Shown here piece after piece: positions 8,774 to 18,170 of a DNA stretch of 32,000 nucleotides. The translations under genes were made by a program, and so were the position numbers. The notes under the pieces are model-generated. The model ran no database searches. It was not told the origin of the DNA and saw only the letters and a program-made list of their open reading frames with translations. The DNA is from Wolbachia endosymbiont of Drosophila innubila. Lineage in GTDB: Bacteria; Pseudomonadota; Alphaproteobacteria; Rickettsiales; Anaplasmataceae. The DNA is taken from assembly GCF_021378375.1 (NCBI RefSeq), contig NZ_CP076228.1:960001-992000 (forward strand), written 5' to 3'. How positions within the stretch are numbered: the first letter of the stretch is position 1; each line of letters starts with the position of its first letter.

Positions 8774-10621
8774 ATGATGGATATACTGAAATTAATAGTA
8801 TTTTTGCCACTTTTTGGTTCGCTATTTGCAGCACTTTTTAGAAAAAGTCAGTTAGTTACAACGGCAGGGATTGGAATATCTGCAGTTTTATCTTGGTATG
8901 TTTTTCTCACCTTCTCTGAAAATTATCACTTGAGTTTATTTCCTTTGTTTTCATTGAGCATCTTAAAAGTAAATTGGGCAATTAGTGTGGATGCTCTCTC
9001 ATCCTTAATGCTTATTGTTATTACCACCGTTTCACTGGTAGTACATCTCTACTCTATCGGTTATATGGAGCATGATAAGGGGAAGTCGAGGTTTTTTTCT
9101 TACCTATCGCTATTTACGTTTTGCATGATTGTGCTGGTTGTAAGCGATAATTTCGTGCAGCTTTTTTTTGGCTGGGAAGGGGTTGGCCTATGTTCTTATT
9201 TACTCATAGGATTTTGGTTCCAAAAATATTCTGCAAATAATGCAGCAATTAAAGCATTTGTTGTGAATAGGGTAGGAGACTTTGCACTATTGATTGGAAT
9301 CTTTCTTATTTATTATACATTTCACTCTTTGAATTTTACTGAAGTTTTTGACACAACTGATCTTCTTGGCACGCAGAACATTAGGGCATTCTGCTGTGAA
9401 TTCAAAGTAACTCATATAATATGCATATTACTTTTTATTGGCTGTATGGGTAAATCTGCACAGCTTGGTTTACATGTTTGGTTGCCAGATGCAATGGAAG
9501 GGCCAACTCCTGTTTCTGCACTTATTCACGCAGCAACGATGGTAACAGCAGGTATATTTTTAGTAGCAAAGTGTTCTCCATTGTTTGAGTTATCAAATGT
9601 GGCACGAGAATTAATAGTTATCGTTGGAGCACTCACTGCTTTTTTTGCAGCCACCGTTGCAATTACTCAGAACGATATAAAGAAAATAATTGCTTATTCA
9701 ACCTGCAGTCAACTTGGTTATATGTTCATGGCATGTGGGCTTTCTGCTTACAATGTTGCTATTTTTCATTTAATGACACACGCTTTTTTTAAAGCTCTAC
9801 TATTTCTTGGTGCTGGCAATGCGATTCATGCAATGCATCATGAGCAAAACATTCAGAAAATGGGAAATTGCTGGAAGAAAATCCCTTGCACTTACGCTCT
9901 CATGTGGATTGGATCTCTTGCGCTTTCTGGGATATTCCCATTTGCAGGTTTTTATTCAAAGGATTTGATAATTGAACATGCTTATAGCACGGATAGCTTT
10001 GCTTTTGTAATAAGCTTAGTTGTTGCATTCTTCACAGCGTTTTACTCTTGGAGGTTATTGCTTCTTGTGTTCCACAGCCAAAAACAAAGTAAAATTAATA
10101 TACATGAGGCACCAAAGATTATGCTTATACCATTACTGATACTCGCTTTTGGATCAGTATTTTCTGGAATATGGGGAGCAAATATTTTGAACATAACTAG
10201 TAATGCGTTTTGGAAATCAAGTTTAGTGATGATTGATGAGCATGGAGTTCATAATTTCTTTATAAAACTACTGCCAACCTTAGCAAGCCTAAGTGGAATA
10301 GCACTTGCGTACCTAATTTACCAATATCAAGTAATTAGGCAAATTAAGAGTAAATTTTTACTTAAGTTTTTGCAGAATAAATGGTACTTTGATGAGGTGT
10401 ATGAGTTTGTTATAATTGCACCGATAAGGTTTATATCTAGGCTTCTATGGAAGTTTGATGTTAAGGCTATTGATTCATTTGGACCAAATGGTGTTGTAAG
10501 GTTGGTTAATGAATGTTCAAAAAGTTCTATAAAGTTACAAACTGGTTATATATTTGATTATGCATTTATTATGTTTGTTACTCTAATAATCGGTGCTTTA
10601 TATATTATTGGAATTAAATAG
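8774..10621 (+). CDS. nuoL: NADH-quinone oxidoreductase subunit L
   Basis: FFGWEGVGLCSYLLIGFWF, LHVWLPDAMEGPTPVSALIHAATMVTAGIFL. Confidence 0.96.
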   Translation: MMDILKLIVFLPLFGSLFAALFRKSQLVTTAGIGISAVLSWYVFLTFSENYHLSLFPLFSLSILKVNWAISVDALSSLMLIVITTVSLVVHLYSIGYMEHDKGKSRFFSYLSLFTFCMIVLVVSDNFVQLFFGWEGVGLCSYLLIGFWFQKYSANNAAIKAFVVNRVGDFALLIGIFLIYYTFHSLNFTEVFDTTDLLGTQNIRAFCCEFKVTHIICILLFIGCMGKSAQLGLHVWLPDAMEGPTPVSALIHAATMVTAGIFLVAKCSPLFELSNVARELIVIVGALTAFFAATVAITQNDIKKIIAYSTCSQLGYMFMACGLSAYNVAIFHLMTHAFFKALLFLGAGNAIHAMHHEQNIQKMGNCWKKIPCTYALMWIGSLALSGIFPFAGFYSKDLIIEHAYSTDSFAFVISLVVAFFTAFYSWRLLLLVFHSQKQSKINIHEAPKIMLIPLLILAFGSVFSGIWGANILNITSNAFWKSSLVMIDEHGVHNFFIKLLPTLASLSGIALAYLIYQYQVIRQIKSKFLLKFLQNKWYFDEVYEFVIIAPIRFISRLLWKFDVKAIDSFGPNGVVRLVNECSKSSIKLQTGYIFDYAFIMFVTLIIGALYIIGIK

Positions 10622-10624
10622 AAG

Positions 10625-12067
10625 GTGTTGTTACTTAGTATATTCTTGCTTCCACTGATAGGAGCGTTGATTTTATCCTTAATCAGGATTAATCATCAAT
10701 CTATACACTTAAGATTCCTTGCTCTATTTTTTGCTGTACTTCCATTTTTGCTTAGCATTGTAGCTTGTATAGAATTTGATTATAACAATGCGGACTTTCA
10801 GTTTGTCAGCTACCCAATTAGAAATGTTGGAATAGGGATAGATGGTATATCGTTGCTTTTCCTTCTGCTTACAACTTTCTTGTTTGTAATTTGTATACTC
10901 TACAACTGCAAAATGAGTTATACGACCCTAAAAGCCTATATGGCATTGTTTCTACTGCTTGAGAGTTTTGTAGTCGGTTTTTTCGTTTCACTGAATGCTA
11001 TAAGCTTTTATGTGTTTTTTGAAGCTGTTTTAATACCAATGTTCTTTATTATTGGCATCTGGGGAGGAAAACACAGGGTATATGCAACGTTTAAGTTGTT
11101 TCTTTATACATTAACTGGCTCATTATTATTTCTACTTGGATTGGTTTACATCTATAACATTTTTGGAACGTTTAATATACAAAAATTAGCTACATTAGTG
11201 CCAAGCCTTGATCTTGAAGTGCAGTCATTGCTGTGGATTGCATTTTTTATTTCTTTTGCAATAAAAGTACCGATGTTTCCATTTCACACTTGGCTTCCTG
11301 ATGCACATGTGCAATCACCAACTTCTGGATCTGTGATTTTAGCTGGCTTGCTTATTAAAATGGGGGGATATGGATTTTTAAGGTTTTCTATTCCAATGCT
11401 TCCTCAGGCAAGTTTGTATTTTTCAAATTTCGTTGTTGTGCTGAGCATTATTGCGGTGATATATGCTTCTCTAGTTGCGTTTGCTCAAGATGATATAAAG
11501 AAGTTAATAGCTTATTCTTCAATAGCACATATGGGGATCGTTACTGCTGGCCTCTTTTCATTTTGTGAGGAAGGAGTACTGGGTAGCATATTTCAAATGA
11601 TTAGTCATGGCCTTATTTCTGCTGCTTTATTTTTATGTGTTGGAATGCTATATACTCGAACTGGAACTTTGGAGATTGCAAAATATTTTGGCATAGTAAA
11701 CACAATGCCAAAATTTGGTTTTATGTTCATTTTATTTTCAATGGCTTCAATAGGGCTACCTGGAACATCTGGGTTCGCAGGTGAGTTTTTGGCTATGGTT
11801 GGAATGTTTAAGAGCATAGGGTTTTTTACAGGATTTATCGCACTTGGCACTATTTTAAGCGCAGTTTATATGCTGAATTTATGTAAGCAAATAATATGGG
11901 GGGTTAGCTATTCTAAATTATTAAATAACCGTTTGGATAGCATAGAATTTTCTGTCTTAATTCTGCTTGCAGTGTTTGTTATTTTGCTTGGATTTTACCC
12001 AACCCTTGCACTGAATTATTTGAAGCCATGTATGGCAAATTTGTTAGTCAAATATAATGCGCTATGA
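10625..12067 (+). CDS. nuoM: NADH-quinone oxidoreductase subunit M
   Basis: FHTWLPDAHVQSPTSGSVILAGLLIKMGGYGFLRF; position in the nuo run. Confidence 0.96.
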   Translation: MLLLSIFLLPLIGALILSLIRINHQSIHLRFLALFFAVLPFLLSIVACIEFDYNNADFQFVSYPIRNVGIGIDGISLLFLLLTTFLFVICILYNCKMSYTTLKAYMALFLLLESFVVGFFVSLNAISFYVFFEAVLIPMFFIIGIWGGKHRVYATFKLFLYTLTGSLLFLLGLVYIYNIFGTFNIQKLATLVPSLDLEVQSLLWIAFFISFAIKVPMFPFHTWLPDAHVQSPTSGSVILAGLLIKMGGYGFLRFSIPMLPQASLYFSNFVVVLSIIAVIYASLVAFAQDDIKKLIAYSSIAHMGIVTAGLFSFCEEGVLGSIFQMISHGLISAALFLCVGMLYTRTGTLEIAKYFGIVNTMPKFGFMFILFSMASIGLPGTSGFAGEFLAMVGMFKSIGFFTGFIALGTILSAVYMLNLCKQIIWGVSYSKLLNNRLDSIEFSVLILLAVFVILLGFYPTLALNYLKPCMANLLVKYNAL

Positions 12068-13428
12068 ATTATATACAGATATTGCCGGAAACGTTCTCTA
12101 TTATCTCCTCGTTAGTGTTGCTGCTGCTTGGGATTATATTTAACCGCAGAACTATCAACTTATTAGCACTTGGCTGCACAGTGGTAACTTTGATTATTTT
12201 AATTCTTTCGGCAGAAAACAATGAAATTTTTCTCTTTAATTCGTTGTTAAAACTCAATTTATACATCAGGTCAGCCCAAGGGTTAATTCTCAGCACAGGA
12301 ATTTTAATACTTTTGATGCTGAATTTATCAAAATATGACTATAAGTATGAATTTTCAATGCTGATTCTTTTTGCGCTATTTGGCATGATAACTTTGGTTT
12401 CAGCAAATAGTCTGATTTCTTTTTATTTAGCTTTTGAGTTGATGAGTATATCTTTGTATGTTCTTGCGAGCTTTAATAAAGATTCGATTTATTCATGTGA
12501 AGCAGGAGTGAAATATTTTACACTCAGTGCATTATCTTCCTGCATTATGCTATATGGAATGTCGCTGCTTTATGGATATACAGGACAAGTCAATTTCTCT
12601 GAGCTCGGTTCATTCTTGCAAAACCATCAGATAACTTATGGAATAGTTTTTGGGTTAGTCTTTGTCCTAATTGGTTTGTGTTTCAAGCTTGCTATTGCTC
12701 CTTTTCATATGTGGGCTCCAGATGTCTATCAAGGTGCACCTACCATAGTAACTGCGTTTTTTTCTACGGCCCCAAAAGCTGCACTTGTAACATTTTTAAT
12801 TCGATTGATGAATGAAGAGTTAGTAAATGTAAAAAGTTATGTTCAGCCTATTTTCTTATACGTTTCAGCATTGTCTGTTCTTATCTCAGCTTTTGGGGCC
12901 TTACGTCAGCAAAACTTAAAAAGGCTGCTTGCTTACAGTTCAATTGGTCACATTGGTTTTATATTTGCTTCACTTTCTATTTTTACACAAGCAGGAACAG
13001 ATAGTGCCTTAATGTATCTGGTGATATATATCATCACAAGCATAGGGCTATTCTCATATCTTGTACAAATTGACGATGAAGATTGTGATATTGCAAATTT
13101 ATCTGGTATAGGGAAGAAACGCCCAATTGTAGCATTTCATCTTTCTGTACTGTTACTCTCGATGTCGGGAATACCTCCACTTGCAGGTTTTATCGCTAAA
13201 TTTTTTATATTCAAAAGTTTAATAAATTCTGGCTTTATCAGCCTGTCTTTGACCCTTGTGGTGGCGAGTGTTGTATCGTGTTACTATTATCTAAATATTA
13301 TAAAAGCTATGTATTTCGATAAAGCTAGTGGTAATAAGGTTGCTTATTCTAAGGGCCTATTCATTATCACTTCGGTGGCTTCGCTGATCAACCTCGTTCT
13401 TTTCTTGTACGTTTTACTCACTCATTGA
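12064..13428 (+). CDS. nuoN: NADH-quinone oxidoreductase subunit N
   Basis: KLAIAPFHMWAPDVYQGAPTIVTAFFSTAPKAA; position after nuoM with a 4-nt overlap. Confidence 0.96.
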   Translation: MNYIQILPETFSIISSLVLLLLGIIFNRRTINLLALGCTVVTLIILILSAENNEIFLFNSLLKLNLYIRSAQGLILSTGILILLMLNLSKYDYKYEFSMLILFALFGMITLVSANSLISFYLAFELMSISLYVLASFNKDSIYSCEAGVKYFTLSALSSCIMLYGMSLLYGYTGQVNFSELGSFLQNHQITYGIVFGLVFVLIGLCFKLAIAPFHMWAPDVYQGAPTIVTAFFSTAPKAALVTFLIRLMNEELVNVKSYVQPIFLYVSALSVLISAFGALRQQNLKRLLAYSSIGHIGFIFASLSIFTQAGTDSALMYLVIYIITSIGLFSYLVQIDDEDCDIANLSGIGKKRPIVAFHLSVLLLSMSGIPPLAGFIAKFFIFKSLINSGFISLSLTLVVASVVSCYYYLNIIKAMYFDKASGNKVAYSKGLFIITSVASLINLVLFLYVLLTH

Positions 13429-13445
13429 ACTAAAGGGCTGACAAG

Positions 13446-14489
13446 GTGACCCCTGAGGGTTTTCATATTCATCATTACAAAAAAGTTTCAAGCACTAATA
13501 AAGAAGCGTTGGATTTAATTGATAAAGGAATATCAAATGAAACTATTATTGTTGCTGATAAACAAACAGAAGGCAGGGGGCGCACCGGAAAAAACTGGAT
13601 TTCTCCAGAGGGTAATTTTTATGCAAGTTTGGTAATAAACCTTTTTAACGATTATCTGAATGAAAGCCAGCTTTCGGTGTCATTCCAGCGCGTGACGCTG
13701 GAATCTAGAAATCAAGAAGAATGGTCAAGCACACAACTGTACAAACGTTGTGGTATTCCCACCAAGGATGATGTCATCCGAGTAGCCTGGCACTGGGATC
13801 CAGAAAACTTAATTACAAATGGGCACATCAGGCAACTGTGTAATAAGAACTGGATTCCAGTGTCACGCACTGGAATGACACCACATACCACCTGCAAATT
13901 GCAATGTTCGCATAGTTATGTGTCAAGCACTGGGGAAAATACTGGGATGATAGAAAGAGGTTTAATGAATCAAGTTAGCAAATTAACAGAATTGACTTTT
14001 GTTACTGCTCTTGCTGTTGGAAATGCTATACTGTCATTTATAAATGGTCTAAATCTCCAGTATAAATGGCCAAATGACATTCTAATCGATGGCAAGAAAA
14101 TAAGTGGAATATTGCTTGAAAAAAGATCCAATTCGAATTGGCTCATTATAGGAATTGGAATTAATGTCAGTCATGCACCACTTCCAGGAACAACGTGCAT
14201 TAGCAATTACGGTGAGTCTGTGTCTAACATAGATCTGTTAAAGAAATTAATAATAAATTTTAATAAGCTAAGAAAGCAATGGCTACTTGATGGGTTTTAT
14301 GCTATAAGAGAAATGTGGTTAAAAAAAGCATTCAAAATGAATGAGCAAATCAGTGTAAAGTTAGCTGACAAATTGTATGAAGGAATTTTTGCTGATATAG
14401 ATAAAAGTGGTAAATTGGTGTTGCAGCAAAAGGATGGAAGCTTAATTTATTTTGATGTAGGTGAGTTATTTATTGATAATGCATTATGA
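13446..14489 (+). CDS. birA: Biotin-[acetyl-CoA-carboxylase] ligase (BirA family) carrying an in-frame insertion of ~95-100 residues
   Basis: KKVSSTNKEALDLI, ADKQTEGRGRTGKNWISPEGNFYASL, then repeat-derived sequence, then QYKWPNDILIDGKKISGILLE, LIIGIGINV. Confidence 0.9.
   Translation: MTPEGFHIHHYKKVSSTNKEALDLIDKGISNETIIVADKQTEGRGRTGKNWISPEGNFYASLVINLFNDYLNESQLSVSFQRVTLESRNQEEWSSTQLYKRCGIPTKDDVIRVAWHWDPENLITNGHIRQLCNKNWIPVSRTGMTPHTTCKLQCSHSYVSSTGENTGMIERGLMNQVSKLTELTFVTALAVGNAILSFINGLNLQYKWPNDILIDGKKISGILLEKRSNSNWLIIGIGINVSHAPLPGTTCISNYGESVSNIDLLKKLIINFNKLRKQWLLDGFYAIREMWLKKAFKMNEQISVKLADKLYEGIFADIDKSGKLVLQQKDGSLIYFDVGELFIDNAL
13723..13929. repeat. Second copy of the composite palindromic element (189 bp, 13732-13920), inserted in frame in birA, with ~9 bp flanking repeat (ggtcaagca/tgtcaagca)
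   Basis: Its reverse complement, cataactatgcgaacattg...ggtgtcattccagtgcgtgacactggaatccag...ttaagttttctggatcccagtgcc...tgtacagttgtg, aligns along its length with 2476-2673. Confidence 0.8.
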
Positions 14490-14623
14490 ATACATATGTA
14501 ATTTTTGCTTACCTTATTAGTTTCACGCTGATTGCTGGAGAGCTAATTTTTACCATTTCTTGTTATACTAAAAGTAAAAAAATTCTAGAAAGCCTGAAAG
14601 ATAATCATGAAGAAGAAACATAA
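14486..14623 (+). CDS. ccmD: Small membrane protein, CcmD-like (heme exporter accessory protein)
   Basis: 45-aa [48 protein letters not shown] with one TM segment; overlaps the birA stop (ATGA) and the start of ccmE. Assigned mainly from position and topology. Confidence 0.55.
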   Translation: MNTYVIFAYLISFTLIAGELIFTISCYTKSKKILESLKDNHEEET

Positions 14624-14999
14624 GCGATTACTTATAACTTCAGGAATTTTCTGCTTTTTAAGTTGTGCAGTTTTTTTTATTTTAACAACGCTCAAAGAAA
14701 ATATCTCATTTTTCTATACAGTAAGTGAGGCAATAGTTTTACCAAATGGTCAAAAACTAATCCGTGTTGGTGGAATGGTTGTTGAAAATAGCGTGATACG
14801 CAACGAAAGTGAAGTGATTTTTCAAATGACAGATTTTAATAAGAGCGTTATGGTGAAATATCAGGGAATACTTCCACCAATGTTTTCAGAAAAAAGTGGT
14901 GTTGTTGTGCAAGGTAAAATGTTTGATAATAGTACTTTTCTTGCAGATACAGTGTTTGCAAAACATGATGAGAACTATATGCCGAAAGTTTTAAAATAG
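14607..14999 (+). CDS. ccmE: Cytochrome c-type biogenesis heme chaperone CcmE
   Basis: N-terminal TM; [52 protein letters not shown]. Confidence 0.93.
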   Translation: MKKKHKRLLITSGIFCFLSCAVFFILTTLKENISFFYTVSEAIVLPNGQKLIRVGGMVVENSVIRNESEVIFQMTDFNKSVMVKYQGILPPMFSEKSGVVVQGKMFDNSTFLADTVFAKHDENYMPKVLK

Positions 15000-15071
15000 A
15001 TTCCTTAACCTGGCTGTATTGAAACGGTATGTAGAGAGAGTCACAGCCTAGAGACTATTACTCTTTCCAGT

Positions 15072-15446
15072 TTAACCCCAATCTGGTTCATTAATGGTAT
15101 TGTTTTCTAATTCCTCTACTTTTGTCTGTAAGTTATTCAGGCTCTGTACTAAACCACTATTTTCATTACCAACCTTTGTAATTAGCTCGTCAAGCTTACT
15201 CCTTTCTTCTGTTAGCATGTCATTTAATTGACTGATAGAGTTGCTATTGTTATGCAATACATCATCCAATTCAGGAACGAATTTCGTGTTCAGCTCTGCG
15301 ATTAATTTATCTAAAGCTTTGTGGACATAACCAAGCTGCGCTGGATTTCGCGCAACTGTTTCATCATAACCTTTAGGTTTGGTGTTAACTTCTATTTTGC
15401 TTATTACTTTAAGTTCGTTTTTGCTTTCTTGTTTACTATTATTCAT
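15072..15446 (-). CDS. Hypothetical coiled-coil-rich protein
   Basis: 124-aa ORF ending in heptad-like sequence (NLQTKVEELENNTINEPDWG); upstream ttttataggagttagc resembles an RBS context. Confidence 0.6.
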   Translation of the reverse strand: MNNSKQESKNELKVISKIEVNTKPKGYDETVARNPAQLGYVHKALDKLIAELNTKFVPELDDVLHNNSNSISQLNDMLTEERSKLDELITKVGNENSGLVQSLNNLQTKVEELENNTINEPDWG

Positions 15447-15543
15447 GCTAACTCCTATAAAAAATTATAATTTTAAAATCAATTCAGCTACATTGAAGTG
15501 GTATGTGGAAAGAGTAACAGCTAGCAAGCTATTACCTTTTTTA

Positions 15544-16029
15544 TTAAAGCAACCCGTTCTCTTCGCCAGTAGCATGAGGGAATATGGAAGCTTCTGCAAT
15601 GCCTGGCTGATCATCACGAAATTCCTGAAGCTCATCTCGAAGAGTTTGAAGTTGACTTTTTATTTCAGTTGTATTGTTCCCTATATTTGATATAGTTGTT
15701 GACAGTGGCTCCACTATGCCAGTTGTAATGTTACTGCTTAAACTTGTGTTATACTCATTAATACTGTCTATCAAGCCATCATAAACCTTTTTAAGGTATG
15801 TTATAGCTGCGGCTGTTTGCTTCATTTCCGCTATAGGTATTTTTTCCAGTGGCTGATTTATATCAAAATCTAACTCCTTAGCACCTTTTTCTTTATTCTG
15901 AATTTTTACTGAATCTATACTTGGTTTTACAAAATCTGGTTTTGTAAAAACCGGGCTCTCAAGTTTTAGTAATTTACTTTGGTCTGAAGGCTCGTCACCA
16001 AAATATAATTCTACATTGTTTTTACTCAT
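15544..16029 (-). CDS. Hypothetical protein with C-terminal ...DDQPGIAEAS... motif
   Basis: 161-aa ORF; tail motif shared with the 16071-17558 product; upstream tttttataggaggtaac. Confidence 0.65.
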   Translation of the reverse strand: MSKNNVELYFGDEPSDQSKLLKLESPVFTKPDFVKPSIDSVKIQNKEKGAKELDFDINQPLEKIPIAEMKQTAAAITYLKKVYDGLIDSINEYNTSLSSNITTGIVEPLSTTISNIGNNTTEIKSQLQTLRDELQEFRDDQPGIAEASIFPHATGEENGLL

Positions 16030-16070
16030 AATAAGTTACCTCCTATAAAAAAATTGATTTTCATAAATTG

Positions 16071-17558
16071 CTACCATACAAGTAGCATTGAATCGTTATT
16101 GTTTTCTACTATTGTAAAATCTGGAGCTTCTGCAATGCCTGGCATATCGTCCTTGATTTGCTTGAGCATCTCAATCATTTCCTTGTTCTGTTTACTCTGC
16201 TCGTCAAGTTTCCCTTTTAATGCATCAATAATAGCTTTAGACTGATCTTGATTGCTGAGATCACCGATCACAGCTGTCACTTTCTCATAAGGCAGTTTGT
16301 GAATGATGTCTTTAAGCTCTTCTGCGCCTACGTTATCCAAAAGTTCTTTAAACTGCTCATTAGACATATTGCGAGCAAAAGCTTGAAGTTTGTCTGGGTT
16401 GTCAACTAAAGACTTAATGATAATCTGAATCTTATTAGAATCAGTTAAATCCTGAGCAATTGCTTCGAGTTTCTCAGGATCAAGCTTATTAACTAAGTCT
16501 TTCAGTTGTTCTTCTTGCAGACTATTTACTAAAGCTTTCAACTGATCACCTTCTAATTCTTTGGAGAGTATTGTCAAGTGGTGCTCAGCCAAGTCTTTTG
16601 CAAGCACTGTAAATTGCTCGTCATTTAAAGTTTTAATAAGTGCTTTGAACTGATCCACTTTTAAGTGAGGTAAAATTTCTTTTACTTGCTCTGAATTTAA
16701 TTTTCTCACTAGAGCTTCAAGCTGAGTATCATTTAAAATAGGAACAATTATTTGTAACTTTTCTGGATTTAGTTCCTGAGCGAGGGTTTTTAGCTGGTGA
16801 TTGGTTAGATGATCCACTAAAGCTTGGAGTTGTTCATCTGTTAAGTTCTCTGCTAAGGCCTGCAACTGGCTTGAGCTCAGTTCAGGAATTATTTTTTGCA
16901 GTTGCTCGTTACTAAGAGTATTGGCAAGAGTTTTTAGTTGGCCGTCTGTTAGGCCCTGAATAAAAACTTTAGTAAACGCGTTTGATAGCAACAGTAGCAC
17001 ATCTCTTATATGTCTCTCACCGTAGTATAACATAATGTCTTGTAATACCTCATTGTCAGGTGAATCGATTATATTTCCTGCCTCGTCTGAAAAATAATAT
17101 TTATTGTTGCCAGTATCTGAATCTTCCCATGTTACATATTTGTATTCCAATTTTTTTGATTTAATAGAACTGCTACACATAGTTTTGAAAGGCTGCACAA
17201 GCTCTCTTGTATATGATAACTTAGCCAACTCATTACCGTAATATACAAATGTATGGTTACTTTTTACATAATCTAAGTTAGAATCACTTTTATAATCTTT
17301 GGCTACCAGATTTCCTTCATTTTCTTCCTCCAGACATATGTAACTGTCTAGGCAAGAACTGCTGCAAAGTTTTATAGGCAATAAGCCTAGTACTACATCG
17401 TTTTTATCATCCAGCGATACAAGCTCAACTTTTTTAATAGGCATTGTAGGATCATTACCTTCAGGCCACTTTATCCTTGTAGTCGGGGTTTTTCTAAACA
17501 CCTCTTTTCCAGGTATCATCTTAAAAACATGCTTTTTTCCACTCATAGGCGTTACCAA
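16071..17558 (-). CDS. Hypothetical helical-repeat protein with ~20 tandem 12-residue units
   Basis: 495-aa ORF; units such as LTDGQLKTLANT/LSNEQLQKIIPE/LSSSQLQALAEN/LTDEQLQALVDH/LTNHQLKTLAQE spaced by exactly 12 residues. Confidence 0.75.
   Translation of the reverse strand: MVTPMSGKKHVFKMIPGKEVFRKTPTTRIKWPEGNDPTMPIKKVELVSLDDKNDVVLGLLPIKLCSSSCLDSYICLEEENEGNLVAKDYKSDSNLDYVKSNHTFVYYGNELAKLSYTRELVQPFKTMCSSSIKSKKLEYKYVTWEDSDTGNNKYYFSDEAGNIIDSPDNEVLQDIMLYYGERHIRDVLLLLSNAFTKVFIQGLTDGQLKTLANTLSNEQLQKIIPELSSSQLQALAENLTDEQLQALVDHLTNHQLKTLAQELNPEKLQIIVPILNDTQLEALVRKLNSEQVKEILPHLKVDQFKALIKTLNDEQFTVLAKDLAEHHLTILSKELEGDQLKALVNSLQEEQLKDLVNKLDPEKLEAIAQDLTDSNKIQIIIKSLVDNPDKLQAFARNMSNEQFKELLDNVGAEELKDIIHKLPYEKVTAVIGDLSNQDQSKAIIDALKGKLDEQSKQNKEMIEMLKQIKDDMPGIAEAPDFTIVENNNDSMLLVW
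16223..16952 (-). repeat. Diverged tandem 36-bp coding repeat (12-aa units, consensus L(S/T)xEQLxxLxxx)
   Basis: Read from the protein translation of the 16071-17558 ORF, residues ~203-445; one or two units carry 1-residue insertions. Confidence 0.75.
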
Positions 17559-17758
17559 TAAATTAATTGTTAGTATTCTAACATTTATTGATTAATTTAT
17601 TGTTAAGTTAGTATATATTACAATTGTAATAACCAACATTACTTGTGTAGAGAAAAGTTACGAAAAGAAATAGAGATTTTCAGGGAAATAGTATAAAATC
17701 CTCATAGATTAAAATAAGCTGCTTTGACAGGTTTTGTGGCGGCTAGAGCTGTATAGAC

Positions 17759-17834
17759 TGGTGGAGGCAAGCGGGATCGAACCGCTGACCTTCTGCGTGC
17801 AAAACAGATGCTCTACCAGCTGAGCTATACCCCC
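17759..17834 (-). tRNA. tRNA-Ala (anticodon TGC), CCA encoded
   Basis: Reverse complement gggggtatagctcagctggtagagcatctgttttgcacgcagaaggtcagcggttcgatcccgcttgcctccacca folds as a cloverleaf; anticodon loop tttgcac. Confidence 0.95.
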
Positions 17835-18123
17835 AGGTAATTCTTGCTTAAAGCATAAATCACTCAGGCTGAAATGCAAGAAATATTTATCTATTAGGCT
17901 ATTGCTAAATAGTGTACAAGTTCTGCAGGGTGTATACACTTCTCTATTTTTTTTGTCTCCTTAGCGTTATACGTCACACCATCCAAATAAATCTGTGAAC
18001 TGAAAATTAACAAGAAGTTTTCCTTTGGAAATTTTTTTAAATTATTCATAGATTTTTTTAGTCTGGTAGAGACTCATGACCTTGAAACCAGCGATTTGGT
18101 CTCATAACCATAGTCTCCCCAAA

Positions 18124-18157
18124 AGAACCGTGCTTGCGGATTTCCCGCACACGGCTC
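18124..18157 (-). ncRNA. Group II intron domain V
   Basis: GAGCCGUGUGCGGGAAAUCCGCAAGCACGGUUC matches the canonical catalytic hairpin; followed by a domain VI-like hairpin at ~18068-18118. Confidence 0.93.
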
Positions 18158-18170
18158 CACAATACAGCGT

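Noticed and set aside
13712-13897. Minus-strand 61-aa ORF in birA
   Set aside because: Arises from the palindromic insert; not an independent gene.
16223-16952. 36-bp repeat as a CRISPR array
   Set aside because: The periodicity is in the coding sequence of a continuous ORF, with diverged units and no separable spacers.
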